A DNA stretch of 64,000 bases from Candidatus Poribacteria bacterium (GTDB lineage Bacteria > Poribacteria > WGA-4E > JAJDTR01). Shown piece by piece: positions 20,727 through 30,314 of this stretch (its first letter is position 1; each line of letters starts with the position of its first letter). A model generated the notes under the pieces. It did not search any database and had not been told where the DNA came from. It was given only the letters and a program-made list of their open reading frames with translations. Made by a program: the position numbers and the translations under genes. The DNA is taken from assembly GCA_965222225.1 (NCBI GenBank), contig CBDCTK010000002.1:2112001-2176000 (forward strand), read 5' to 3'.

Positions 20727-21700
20727 TTAATTTTTCCCCAGACCGTAATTCTGTTGGAAGTGGGGGACACAGCTAGTCCTACCGGGCTAATGTCGGGCTG
20801 ATAATCGCGCGCATCATGGACATCGCTAAGTTGCTTAAGATATTTTCCATCGGCGGTCATCAAGTGTATCGTGCTGAGAAGATTACCGTTCAAGATACCG
20901 TCCCAGATCCCATATGCGATCGTCTGTCCATCCGTAGACCATGCGGGGTGCCAATGATGCTCTTGATTGTGCGTAGGCCTCTTGCGATTTCTACCATCCG
21001 CCCCCACCACATAGATGTGATTGAATCCTTCGTGCTCGGACATGTATGCAATCCGTTGTCCGTCGGGAGAAAACGCTGGTCTGGATTTATATGCTAAATC
21101 GTGCGTCACCCTTTTAAGCCCCTGTCCGTCTGCGCCTATCACGTAAATATCCCAGTTCCAATCATCTCTCCAGGATGTGAATGCAATCTCACCCCCATCG
21201 GGAGACCATGATGGCTCCCGCCCGTGGTCTTCATGCATCACACGATTATTTCCATCAGCATCCATCACGGCGATATGATCTAACAACTCTTCTTTTTTCC
21301 AATCTGGGTTGACGGTGAATGCAATCTTTTGCCCGTCGGGAGACCAGTCTGGATCCTCCTTCCGCCGCGGTCCATCTGTCAGTCTAATCGGGTTCTTTCC
21401 ATCGGCGTCCATTACGTAGATTTGATAGACGTCGCCGTTTCGTCTGGAAGCGAATGCAATCTTCGTCCCGTCAGGAGACCAATCCGGATCGAAGTCATTC
21501 GCTGGATTGTCTGTCAGTCTTTCTCGGTTTCCTCCATCGGCATCCATTACATAGATTTCATTGTTGCCATCTCTCCTAGATGTAAAAACAATCCGTGACT
21601 TCTGCGCGGCGAGTCCTTGTCTCAACCACAACTCCCCGCTCGTCAGACAGACGCACAGCCCCGCAAACAGCAGAAATCTAGGTATCAGCTTGAATCGCAT
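20711..21700 (-). CDS. Secreted TolB-like PD40-repeat beta-propeller (paralog of 14401-15363)
   Basis: Signal peptide, PDWSPDG repeats, C-terminal LAVSPTSNRITVWGKIK. Confidence 0.9.
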   Translation of the reverse strand: MRFKLIPRFLLFAGLCVCLTSGELWLRQGLAAQKSRIVFTSRRDGNNEIYVMDADGGNRERLTDNPANDFDPDWSPDGTKIAFASRRNGDVYQIYVMDADGKNPIRLTDGPRRKEDPDWSPDGQKIAFTVNPDWKKEELLDHIAVMDADGNNRVMHEDHGREPSWSPDGGEIAFTSWRDDWNWDIYVIGADGQGLKRVTHDLAYKSRPAFSPDGQRIAYMSEHEGFNHIYVVGADGRNRKRPTHNQEHHWHPAWSTDGQTIAYGIWDGILNGNLLSTIHLMTADGKYLKQLSDVHDARDYQPDISPVGLAVSPTSNRITVWGKIKSLFD

Positions 21701-21928
21701 TTCTCTCCCTCTTAGATTCTGTTTGACAATCCATTTGTCGCAGCCTTGTTTCCCTTAATGTTAGCCCCAGAGGGGCGAAAGGCTTATATCAGGTTTTATG
21801 TTGGTTACGTCGCAATATTGCCAAAGAGCACCAGGGGAAACGCATCTATATGTTGGACTTGACGTGAGCTCGACTTTGTACAACGATGGGATCGAACGGA
21901 TAGCCATGCAACACCAACCTGTAGGCGG

Positions 21929-22042
21929 GGATCAAGGGAGTGAATAACGACCGCGATAGAAATCCCTTCAAGCGAGCGATCAACTGCGTGGATAGCGAAG
22001 GTGATAGAGTTCCCATAGCAAATTCTGTGCAATAGAGCCCCC
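21929..22042 (+). repeat. Cluster of hairpin cassettes: copy F (21929-21965), a half copy, copy G (21978-22013) and two degenerate tails
   Basis: F: GG ga GT gaata AC ga CC. G: CT gc GT ggata GC ga AG. Preceded by GTAGGCGGGG. Confidence 0.85.
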
Positions 22043-22402
22043 TGAGAACTTCGTCAATCTCAACTCAGTCGTCATAGTCACCGACGAGCGAGAAGTCAAC
22101 CAACAGGTGACCACGGAGTCACGCTACTAAATCTCTTCGCTTCATTGGGTATTAGATGTTGCTTTCCGTGAGGATGCGTTTCGAATTCGTAAAGATAACA
22201 GCAGTGAAAAATTCGCCCTGCCCGACGTATTGCTCTCAATCTACTTAAGGCTGAAACGTCAAACAAACCTGGTGTTGCCAACAAGCGAATCAAAGCCGCA
22301 TGGGACAACATTCACTTTACTACTATTCTTGCAACTCTATTCTGAAAAATCAGATGCGATTCCCCGGGCGGAAGCGTCCTCCGCGTTAAGACTCTAGAAC
22401 TT

Positions 22403-23377
22403 CTATTTTCCCGGATATGACCTATTCTCTAGCTCTGCAATGAACTTCTCCGCCGAAATCGCCGCAGCGGCTCCGGCGCCGCCCGCTGTAATCGCTTGAC
22501 GAAAGATATGGTCATGAACATCTCCAGCGGCGAAGACACCCGGAATATTCGTGCTTTGGAGCTTGTCTACGACGATGTAATCTTGGTCATCAAATTCGAT
22601 AGTTCCTTTGTACAATTCTGTGTTCGGAATATGCCCGACGAAGATAAACACCCCATCAATCGGGAACACCTGTTTCTCATCGGTTTCAACGTTTCTGAGC
22701 AACGCACCATTGACCTTTTCACCATCACCTTGAATCTCTTCGACTACCGTGTTCCAGATAAACTTAATTTTGTCGTTTTTGAAGGCACGCTCCTGCATAA
22801 TTTGGCTTGCCCGAAGTTGGTCACGGCGATGAACAATGTAGACCTCAGAAGCGTACTTTGTTAAAAATATGCCCTCCTCAATAGCGGCATCGCCCCCACC
22901 CACGACAATGAGTCGCTGATTCTGGAAAAAGAAACCGTCACACGTCGCACAATACGACACACCTCGTCCACCGAACTCCTCTTCACCCGGAATCTCAAGC
23001 TTGCTCGGGGAAGCGCCTGTGCAGATAATCACTGACTTGGCAAGATATTCTTTATCATAGGTTTTCACGTAGAATGGGTGCCGATTGAAGTCAACCTCTG
23101 AGACCATGTCGAACCGCACCTCTGTGCCGAAACGCTCGGCTTGCTGTTGTAACCCCTGAATGAAATCTGCGGCTTCGGTTCCGAAGAAACCGGGGTAGTT
23201 TTCAAGATCAAGTGTCAACGAGAGTTGTCCCCCGAGCGCATCTCCGGTTATCAGCAGCGGTTCAAGCATCGCGCGAGACGTGTAAACCCCCGCGGCGAAA
23301 CCCGCTGTCCCTCCACCGATGATGATAACATTCCGTTCCTCGATAGCATTCTTGTCGTTTCTTTCTGTTGTTGTCAA
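22403..23377 (-). CDS. trxB: Thioredoxin-disulfide reductase
   Basis: GGGTAG FAD site, CATCDG, GGGDAA, FAAGDV. Confidence 0.97.
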   Translation of the reverse strand: MTTTERNDKNAIEERNVIIIGGGTAGFAAGVYTSRAMLEPLLITGDALGGQLSLTLDLENYPGFFGTEAADFIQGLQQQAERFGTEVRFDMVSEVDFNRHPFYVKTYDKEYLAKSVIICTGASPSKLEIPGEEEFGGRGVSYCATCDGFFFQNQRLIVVGGGDAAIEEGIFLTKYASEVYIVHRRDQLRASQIMQERAFKNDKIKFIWNTVVEEIQGDGEKVNGALLRNVETDEKQVFPIDGVFIFVGHIPNTELYKGTIEFDDQDYIVVDKLQSTNIPGVFAAGDVHDHIFRQAITAGGAGAAAAISAEKFIAELENRSYPGK

Positions 23378-23643
23378 TTTTGTTCCCCTTCAAGTTGTAG
23401 CATTTTCTCCAATTGACCTGTTTGGGCGAGTTCCGCCAAATCGTCATCATCTCCAATATGTTGGTCGTTAATGAAGATTTGTGGCACATCGCGGCGTCCT
23501 GTCAAGGCTTCGATTTTATCCCGCATCGTAGGGTTACCGTGTATGTTGATTTCCTCATATTCGATGCCTCGATTTTCAAGAATCCGTTTTGCGCGGTTGC
23601 ACCAAGAACAAAAATCTGTCGTATAAATTTTGAGTTGTGGCAT
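23374..23643 (-). CDS. grxC: Glutaredoxin 3-like protein
   Basis: CSWC active site and VPQIFI motif; overlaps the trxB start. Confidence 0.88.
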   Translation of the reverse strand: MPQLKIYTTDFCSWCNRAKRILENRGIEYEEINIHGNPTMRDKIEALTGRRDVPQIFINDQHIGDDDDLAELAQTGQLEKMLQLEGEQN

Positions 23644-23745
23644 AGTGTTCGCTATGAAGTTCCATCACTGAGTTTGCTTATACCTTCAGTGATTAATGGA
23701 TTGTGATGAGATATGTGGGACACGGCATCCAATCTAAATGCCCGC

Positions 23746-24621
23746 CTATTTTGCGCTACAGTGAGTATTCTGTGCGTTATGACCATAATTCATCCTTGAC
23801 TCGGGAGGCACCATTCGAGGGATGCCGTGGATAATCGGATAATCTAACTTACAAGCGCTACACCAAACACGATCTGCTTCCCAGCCGATTTCGCCTTTAC
23901 AAAGCGGACACACTAGAATATCCTTTAGTGTCTTTGTCGAATTCCGACGCCGATTCACGAAAACAGATTTCGCCTTGAGGATTAGGTTCCTGGGCACACG
24001 GTTCTTCACGATTGGTGCCCACTTCTTCCAAAATGAGGTGTGATTAACCTCGTCGAGCATACCGGAAATCGTTTTTCGAGACTCCAAATCGAGCGTGGGG
24101 GTTTCGGGCGGGAGGATTTCGTAGTCAACTTTGCCTGTCCACTCATACTGCACAAGGAAGAGCTTATGATGGGTAACGTGAAAGCGCGCAAAATTCTTGT
24201 CATGCGCTGCCAGGGCGTGAAAAAGCTGACCAAATTGGCTTTTGACCGCTTTCTTCTGAATAACCAATCGGTTATTGACAAGATTGACCATCCAGTTGTG
24301 ATAAGGCCACCCGTAAAGTCTTTCGGCAATCTCGGAAGGTGTTTCGATATAGCCCGCAGAAGCAACGCGCGTTAACTCGCGAATCAGTAATACCGGGTCT
24401 TCGACATGCTCCAAAATATGAGAGCAGATTATGTAACTAAATGACGCATCCGCAAATGGTAGATATTGACCGTCTGCCTCAACAAATGGACGATCGGCGA
24501 CAATGCTTCCACCTCGTTGTAGGTCATCATTGATAAACTTGTCGCATAGGATGTCGGATCGGGTCTTCGGATTGTGTCCGCTCCCTATTTCGAGAACGAA
24601 ATCGTCGGGACGAATATTCAT
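23746..24621 (-). CDS. Class I SAM-dependent methyltransferase with a C-terminal Trm112-like domain
   Basis: VLEIGSG, LPFAD and HILEH; C-terminal ILVCPLCKG...CSAC..YPIIHGIPRM. Confidence 0.85.
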   Translation of the reverse strand: MNIRPDDFVLEIGSGHNPKTRSDILCDKFINDDLQRGGSIVADRPFVEADGQYLPFADASFSYIICSHILEHVEDPVLLIRELTRVASAGYIETPSEIAERLYGWPYHNWMVNLVNNRLVIQKKAVKSQFGQLFHALAAHDKNFARFHVTHHKLFLVQYEWTGKVDYEILPPETPTLDLESRKTISGMLDEVNHTSFWKKWAPIVKNRVPRNLILKAKSVFVNRRRNSTKTLKDILVCPLCKGEIGWEADRVWCSACKLDYPIIHGIPRMVPPESRMNYGHNAQNTHCSAK

Positions 24622-25481
24622 CGCTGCACAACCATGCTAATGTAAAGGCTGATGCGCGGGAAACAGGTTGCCATAATCCTGCCTTTGGCGCTAACGCCGA
24701 CGCATCGTTTCACGATTCGGAGACCGTGACGTCGGAAATATTTCTCAAGATCAATTGGATTTGCGTAGTAAGCACTGTCGCCATCCCCGCCGTAAACCTG
24801 TTCTTCAAGGTCTGGTTCTCGGTATAGAAATTGTGGTGCAGACGACAATCGCTTCTTCAAATACAGGAAGAAATTCCTCCAGCTGTTGGTTAACGCTTGG
24901 CGCTTTGTTTCACCCCAAAACGGTCTGCCAGGTTTCCCTCGAATCAGCTGCATTAGGTCGAGGAGTGGCATAAGTGGAGAGCACAAATTCGGCCCGCAAA
25001 TGATGATTTTCCCCCCTTTTCGGGTCACGCGAATCATCTCCGAGAGTGCCGTTTCAACATCCGGCAAGTGTTCAATCAGTTCATTTGAACAGACGACATC
25101 AAACGTCTCGTCCGGAAACGGAAGTTCAAGGACATCGCAGACTCGGTATTCTAGGTTGTGGTCGCCATCACGAGTCACTGTCTTTTGCCATTGGACTGCC
25201 TCTTCAAGGAAGAGCGCGGAGATATCTGTCCCGATTACATCGTGCCCTGACCGATTGAGTAACATTGCCGCGATGCCGTTGCCACAGCCGAGTTCCAAAA
25301 TCTGGGAGTTTGGCGGCGTATAGCGATTCACCAGTTCCACAAACGGTTGATGATAGGCTTCGTCATGCTCGGCGAGGAGCCCTTTGTATGTCTCCGATGT
25401 CTCATAGAACTGTCGCATGCGTTGCCGGAGGGGTTCTTCCGACGCATGCGTTGAAGTCTCTGGTTGACAGACAGTGTTCAT
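24618..25481 (-). CDS. Class I SAM-dependent methyltransferase (type 11)
   Basis: ILELGCGNG, LPFPDETFD, IEHL. Confidence 0.9.
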   Translation of the reverse strand: MNTVCQPETSTHASEEPLRQRMRQFYETSETYKGLLAEHDEAYHQPFVELVNRYTPPNSQILELGCGNGIAAMLLNRSGHDVIGTDISALFLEEAVQWQKTVTRDGDHNLEYRVCDVLELPFPDETFDVVCSNELIEHLPDVETALSEMIRVTRKGGKIIICGPNLCSPLMPLLDLMQLIRGKPGRPFWGETKRQALTNSWRNFFLYLKKRLSSAPQFLYREPDLEEQVYGGDGDSAYYANPIDLEKYFRRHGLRIVKRCVGVSAKGRIMATCFPRISLYISMVVQR

Positions 25482-25682
25482 CGTTCAGATTGATAAGGCG
25501 GTCTTGAATCCCCATGTTTGGGTAGAATAATTTTGTACCTTATTCCATTATACAATCGCGTCTGAGCAGAGGTCAACTGAAATCAGGAGACGACAGGATC
25601 TCATAGTTACGCGTGACATGGCAAGAGTTTTCTGAGAACGTTTTGTAGGTCTCGGTGTGGAAAGGTGTCGGAGGTTGGAGAG

Positions 25683-26267
25683 ATGACCAAAATTGTGCTG
25701 TCTTCCCTTGTCGGACTGATCTTTCTAGTTGGATTGTTCGGGTGTAGAGATAACGATGAAGCTCAAACCGTTGTAGACTCATCCGACATTTCCGACAATC
25801 TTCCCCCGGTTGCACCGCCCGATTTTGGGGGTGCAAGGTTATTTCAACTTGAGGATTTGAACGGACGACTTGTGTCCCTAAACGACTTCCGTGACCAAGT
25901 GGTTGCTATCAATTTTTGGGCAACGTGGTGTAATCCGTGCCGGGAGGAAATCCCGGACTTGGTGAAGATCCAAGACAGGTTTCGGAACAGAGGTTTCATT
26001 GTACTCGGACTCTCTAGAGATTTGCTTAATCAAAACGGTCAATTGGCGAAAAATGAGGAAGCGGTTGAATCCTTAGTTGAAGAATTCAACATCAATTATC
26101 CGGTCCTTTGGGACACTGAAAATATCTATAGCAGACATTACGACGGGATTGGAATGCCTACTACCATCATCTTGGACCGCCACCATCGCATCCGGTTCAG
26201 GCACACGGGCATCATTGATTCCGTCACGCTGGATGCAGAGATAATCATGCTCCTAAACGAGGCGTAG
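25683..26267 (+). CDS. TlpA/ResA-family thiol-disulfide oxidoreductase lipoprotein
   Basis: Lipobox LFGC; NFWATWCNPCREE; MPTT. Confidence 0.9.
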   Translation: MTKIVLSSLVGLIFLVGLFGCRDNDEAQTVVDSSDISDNLPPVAPPDFGGARLFQLEDLNGRLVSLNDFRDQVVAINFWATWCNPCREEIPDLVKIQDRFRNRGFIVLGLSRDLLNQNGQLAKNEEAVESLVEEFNINYPVLWDTENIYSRHYDGIGMPTTIILDRHHRIRFRHTGIIDSVTLDAEIIMLLNEA

Positions 26268-26495
26268 GAAAGCCTTGAGAAGTTAACACGACGTGCCGCT
26301 ATTTCATTTTTATCCGAGATTGATCGTACCGTAACCTCCGTTTCCATGTGGATTATCGGCAAATATTGTATTGCCGTTGAATTTGATTTGTGATAAAATC
26401 GCTTGTGTTCCATTAACGCTTTCTTCCACCATTGAGGTGATGTGGTAAGGCAAGATTGCAGATTTAAGAATCATAAATCATTCCCTCGTCATTGA

Positions 26496-26690
26496 GAACC
26501 TGTTTGAAAGGTACAGTTTGTAGGGTGCGCACTGCGCACCAGCCTCTAAAAGCCCCAGAGTGGGATCAAGGAAGCGAATAGCGACTGCGATAGAGATCCT
26601 ACAGGTATGTAGCAGCCAACAATGAAAACATGAAAAAACTTCCTACAAATGACCAAAAATGGCTTTGCCACCGATTATTCAAACAGGCTC
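26496..26690. mobile_element. MITE with GA(A/G)CCTGTTTGAA terminal inverted repeats and TNA flanks (IS5-family-like ends)
   Basis: tga|GAACCTGTTTGAA ... TTCAAACAGGCTC|tta; homologous to three other loci in the window. Confidence 0.8.
26563..26599 (+). repeat. GA-tandem hairpin cassette copy H
   Basis: ggatcaa GG aa GC gaata GC ga CT gcgatagagatcc. Confidence 0.85.
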
Positions 26691-26757
26691 TTAGTGAAGT
26701 ATCGTTTCAAATTACTTACAAAACCTGAATGCAACAGAAACAGAAGGAGACTATATC

Positions 26758-27786
26758 ATGAACCGTTTAACCATTCTTATCCTCACAATGTTCCTCGGAT
26801 TGACACTTCTTGGTACAGTGTCACTGGCTGACCACCATGAGAATCCCTGCAATCCGTGCGCGAGCGAGGAAACCGCAAACCCTTGTAATCCATGTAACCC
26901 GTGCGCGGCTAACCCGTGCAACCCGTGTGCAGCTAACCCGTGCAATCCGTGTGCGGCTAATCCGTGCAATCCATGTGCGGCGAAGATGCACTTTACCATC
27001 GGCGACGATCGAAACGTATTTTCCTTCGAGTCGAAAGCACCGTTGGAGACCATTATTGGGCGAACGAACAAAGTTACCGGAAAAATCTCCGTTAATCCAA
27101 TGGACATTTCTAGCGGTGCCATGGCAAAGTTTGTAGTCGACCTCGGCAGTATAACAACGGGAATCGGTCTCAGAGATCAGCACATGCGGGAGGGATACCT
27201 GGAAACAGACACGTATCCGACCGCGACTCTCACCCTAGATGGACTGACCAAAGTTTCCAAGGGTAAACTTGAGGACATGCAGACGGTCAGAGCAGACGCA
27301 GACGCGACGCTGGAGCTGCACGGTGTCAAGCGTAGAGTTGTTTTGAAAGGTGTCAAGGTGACCTTCTTGAAGGAAAACGAAGACACCCAAGCGCTCCTAC
27401 CGGGCAGTCTTCTTCGGATTGAAGGCAGCTTTACTGTGAAGCTCGGCGATTACAATCTCAAGAGACCGCAAGTTGCTTTTCTCAAAGTGAGCGAGGATAT
27501 AGAGATTAACGTAAGTCTATTCGGTTCATCGGGTGCCGGGGCGAACAATCCGTGCAATCCATGCAATCCGTGCGCGACGAACCCTTGTAATCCATGTAAT
27601 CCATGTAATCCATGTGCGGCAAATCCTTGCAACCCTTGTGCAGGTAATCCGTGCAATCCGTGCGCGGCAAATCCTTGCAATCCCTGTGCAGGCAATCCAT
27701 GTAACCCTTGTGCCGCGAACCCCTGCAATCCGTGCGCGGCAAATCCTTGCAACCCGTGTAATCCTTGTAACCCCTGCGGGTTGTAG
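26758..27786 (+). CDS. Secreted YceI-family protein flanked by Cys-rich NPC repeats
   Basis: Signal peptide; YceI motifs [22 protein letters not shown] and LELHGVK; 11 N-terminal and 21 C-terminal NPC units. Confidence 0.9.
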   Translation: MNRLTILILTMFLGLTLLGTVSLADHHENPCNPCASEETANPCNPCNPCAANPCNPCAANPCNPCAANPCNPCAAKMHFTIGDDRNVFSFESKAPLETIIGRTNKVTGKISVNPMDISSGAMAKFVVDLGSITTGIGLRDQHMREGYLETDTYPTATLTLDGLTKVSKGKLEDMQTVRADADATLELHGVKRRVVLKGVKVTFLKENEDTQALLPGSLLRIEGSFTVKLGDYNLKRPQVAFLKVSEDIEINVSLFGSSGAGANNPCNPCNPCATNPCNPCNPCNPCAANPCNPCAGNPCNPCAANPCNPCAGNPCNPCAANPCNPCAANPCNPCNPCNPCGL

Positions 27787-27951
27787 CCTCTTGACACATG
27801 GAAGGATAGGACTTGCGCAGCGTAGGAGTTCATTGCCTTGCATTCCCACGAATCCAAGTTGCGTAAGTCCTTTTCCAACCACGATCACGAAGTGTTTCAT
27901 AAGAATCTCTCGAACAGCTGAAGTCCGAGTGGTGGCAATGAGAAAGAGAAC

Positions 27952-28743
27952 ATGGAAACACAGATTTGGTATTTGAAAAATATCAAGTTCTTTCGCAATT
28001 TGACTGATGCAGACTACTATGCGCTGGATCGAAGTGCAAATTTGAAGCAGTACAGCCGACGCGAGCAGGTCAACGGAAAGACGGATTTCGGAAACACTGT
28101 TTATCTCCTAAGGAACGGAAGAGTTAAAATCTACAAACTCTTGCCCAACGGTGAAGGACTTACGCTTGAGGTGGTAGAATCAGGCGAAATCTTCGGCGAA
28201 ACTGAAAACGTTGATGACGAGCCTCGTGACACGGTAGCCGAAACTCTGAACGATTCGCTTCTGTATGTCATGCGTCGGCGAGATTTTGAGCTGTTTCTCA
28301 AGAAGAAACCCGACCTGACAATGCGTCTGACGAAGTTTGCCCGTACACGTAGACAGCACCTCCAAAACCATATCGGAAACCTGGTTTTCCGAACAGCTTC
28401 TTCCCGGCTTGCATGCCTGCTGCTTTCTTTAGCCGATGGGGGTGGGGTCCACAATAGTAACGGCATGGAGCTGCGAGTAAAGTTATCTCAGGCCGATTTA
28501 GCCAAGCTTACTGGGACAGTTCGCGAAACGATTGGCGACCTTCTCAATGAACTGGAACGGCTGAGCATCATTGAGGTCCAAGGCCGACGAATCAGACTCC
28601 TGAATCAATGGAAACTAAAGAAGATTTCTGACGCCAAGATGGAGGAGCTAGAGATACCACCCGACGAGGAAGAAGAACCGAATCTCTTTGAGGCTCCCGG
28701 CAACAGCTTAACGCCTCCTACCGAACAGAAAACAGCAAAGTAG
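27952..28743 (+). CDS. Crp/Fnr-family transcriptional regulator
   Basis: cNMP-binding fold (GEIFGE) and HTH LSQADLAKLTGTVRET. Confidence 0.92.
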   Translation: METQIWYLKNIKFFRNLTDADYYALDRSANLKQYSRREQVNGKTDFGNTVYLLRNGRVKIYKLLPNGEGLTLEVVESGEIFGETENVDDEPRDTVAETLNDSLLYVMRRRDFELFLKKKPDLTMRLTKFARTRRQHLQNHIGNLVFRTASSRLACLLLSLADGGGVHNSNGMELRVKLSQADLAKLTGTVRETIGDLLNELERLSIIEVQGRRIRLLNQWKLKKISDAKMEELEIPPDEEEEPNLFEAPGNSLTPPTEQKTAK

Positions 28744-28862
28744 GCGCTACCCACCTTGGATGGTAATAGCACAATCCACTTGGGGGAGATCATTCCCATA
28801 CAACAGTTGCCTAAACCATCTGAGTGTTACGAATAACAATCCCTGACTTGAGGACAATAAAA

Positions 28863-30257
28863 TTGAGCCACGAGTACCAATATCTTCAGCTTGACCGCCA
28901 AATGGTTGGCGACATCTATACATCGCGCGAAGCGATGGACAATCTGACCATCTTATGTGATGATTTCGGGTCGCGGTTCGCGGGTACACCGGAAGAGAGG
29001 AAAGCCGCGGAATTCATCCAAGAGACTTTCGTGCGATACGGTCTCAAAAATGTGCGCTTGGAGGCATACCCCTACGCGGGGTGGTCTCGTGGGAAAGCAA
29101 CATTGGAAATTGTAGAACCCGTTCAGAAGTCTATCCCATGCATTTCGCTGCCGTACTGTCCTGCAGATGAAATCGCCGCGGAACTTATCTCCGCCGGTTA
29201 CGGCAGTCCGACAGAGTACGAGGGCATTGGCGACCAGATAGCTGGAAAGATAGTCATGGCTTTAAGCGCTTCGCCACCCGACTTGGGACGGTGGGTGCAT
29301 CGGAAAGAGAAGTACGATCGAGCGGTGCTTGGCGGCGCTAAGGTTTTCATCTTTGTTAGCGAACATCCCGGCGTCGGTCCGGAAACAGGCAGCCTTCAGA
29401 ATGATAGCATTGCGCCGATTCCCGGCATCTCTATTTGTAAAGAGGATGGGGCATTCTTGCTTCGATTGGCGGAGAGATATGGAAACGTGCGATTGCATGT
29501 GCGTACGACTGACATCAACGAAGCGCGAACATCGTGGAATGTCATCGGCGACCTACCGGGGAATGAAAGTCCGGACGAAATGGTAATTGTTGGGTGCCAC
29601 TACGACGGACACGACATATCTCAAGGAGCGCACGATCCCGCTTCCGGTATGGTTTCAGTCATTGAGGCGTCACGGGTGTTATCGCGGTATGCCGCAAATA
29701 TCCTTAAACGTACTGTGCGATTCATTGCATTCGGCACGGAAGAGATTGGGTTAACCGGTGCATTTCATTATGTGGCAGCCCATAACGACGAACTAGACAA
29801 GATACGGTTCATGTTTAATATGGATGCCTCGGGCGGAGCGGGTCGCAAGGGAATCGGACTGCATCAGTGGGAAGAACTGGAATCTTTTTTCAAGGAGGCC
29901 GCGAAAGATATGGCCGCGGAGATTCCGATTGGACAAAAACTGAATTCCTACTCGGATCATTTCCCGTTTGTTTTGAAAGGAGTTCCGTCAGGTGATATGA
30001 GCGACCCCGAAGCACCGCCCCACGGACGAGGTTTCGGGCATACGGCGTATGACACCTTGGAGAAAGTAGAGCTAGAAAATCTTAGGACGGCCAGTGCGGT
30101 CGGTACACGGCTCGCACTTCGTATTGCCAACGCCGACGAATTTCCTGCTAACCGACGCACCAATACAGCAATTCAAGAGGTTATCGACACCGACCCTGGT
30201 TTGGAGGGATACAGGGTATCGCTTGAATTAGCGAGGCTACGGCAAGAAGCAAGTTGA
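28863..30257 (+). CDS. M28-family aminopeptidase/carboxypeptidase with PA domain
   Basis: HYDG, GAHDPASG, EEIGLTG, SDHFPF, HTAYD; start position uncertain. Confidence 0.9.
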   Translation: MSHEYQYLQLDRQMVGDIYTSREAMDNLTILCDDFGSRFAGTPEERKAAEFIQETFVRYGLKNVRLEAYPYAGWSRGKATLEIVEPVQKSIPCISLPYCPADEIAAELISAGYGSPTEYEGIGDQIAGKIVMALSASPPDLGRWVHRKEKYDRAVLGGAKVFIFVSEHPGVGPETGSLQNDSIAPIPGISICKEDGAFLLRLAERYGNVRLHVRTTDINEARTSWNVIGDLPGNESPDEMVIVGCHYDGHDISQGAHDPASGMVSVIEASRVLSRYAANILKRTVRFIAFGTEEIGLTGAFHYVAAHNDELDKIRFMFNMDASGGAGRKGIGLHQWEELESFFKEAAKDMAAEIPIGQKLNSYSDHFPFVLKGVPSGDMSDPEAPPHGRGFGHTAYDTLEKVELENLRTASAVGTRLALRIANADEFPANRRTNTAIQEVIDTDPGLEGYRVSLELARLRQEAS

Positions 30258-30314
30258 TTTTCAACTGGTAGTTCGAAATTTGTCCGAAAAAGTTTCAAGG
30301 AAAACAACCATCAA

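Noticed and set aside
13146-21700. Assigning the symbol tolB
   Set aside because: The proteins lack the TolB N-terminal domain, there are no tolQRA/pal neighbours, and they form an expanded paralog family.
26751-27976. Alternative-frame ORFs with HGL or TRA repeats
   Set aside because: These are shadows of the NPC repeats, which lack stop codons in other frames; only the 26758 frame has an RBS, signal peptide and YceI domain.
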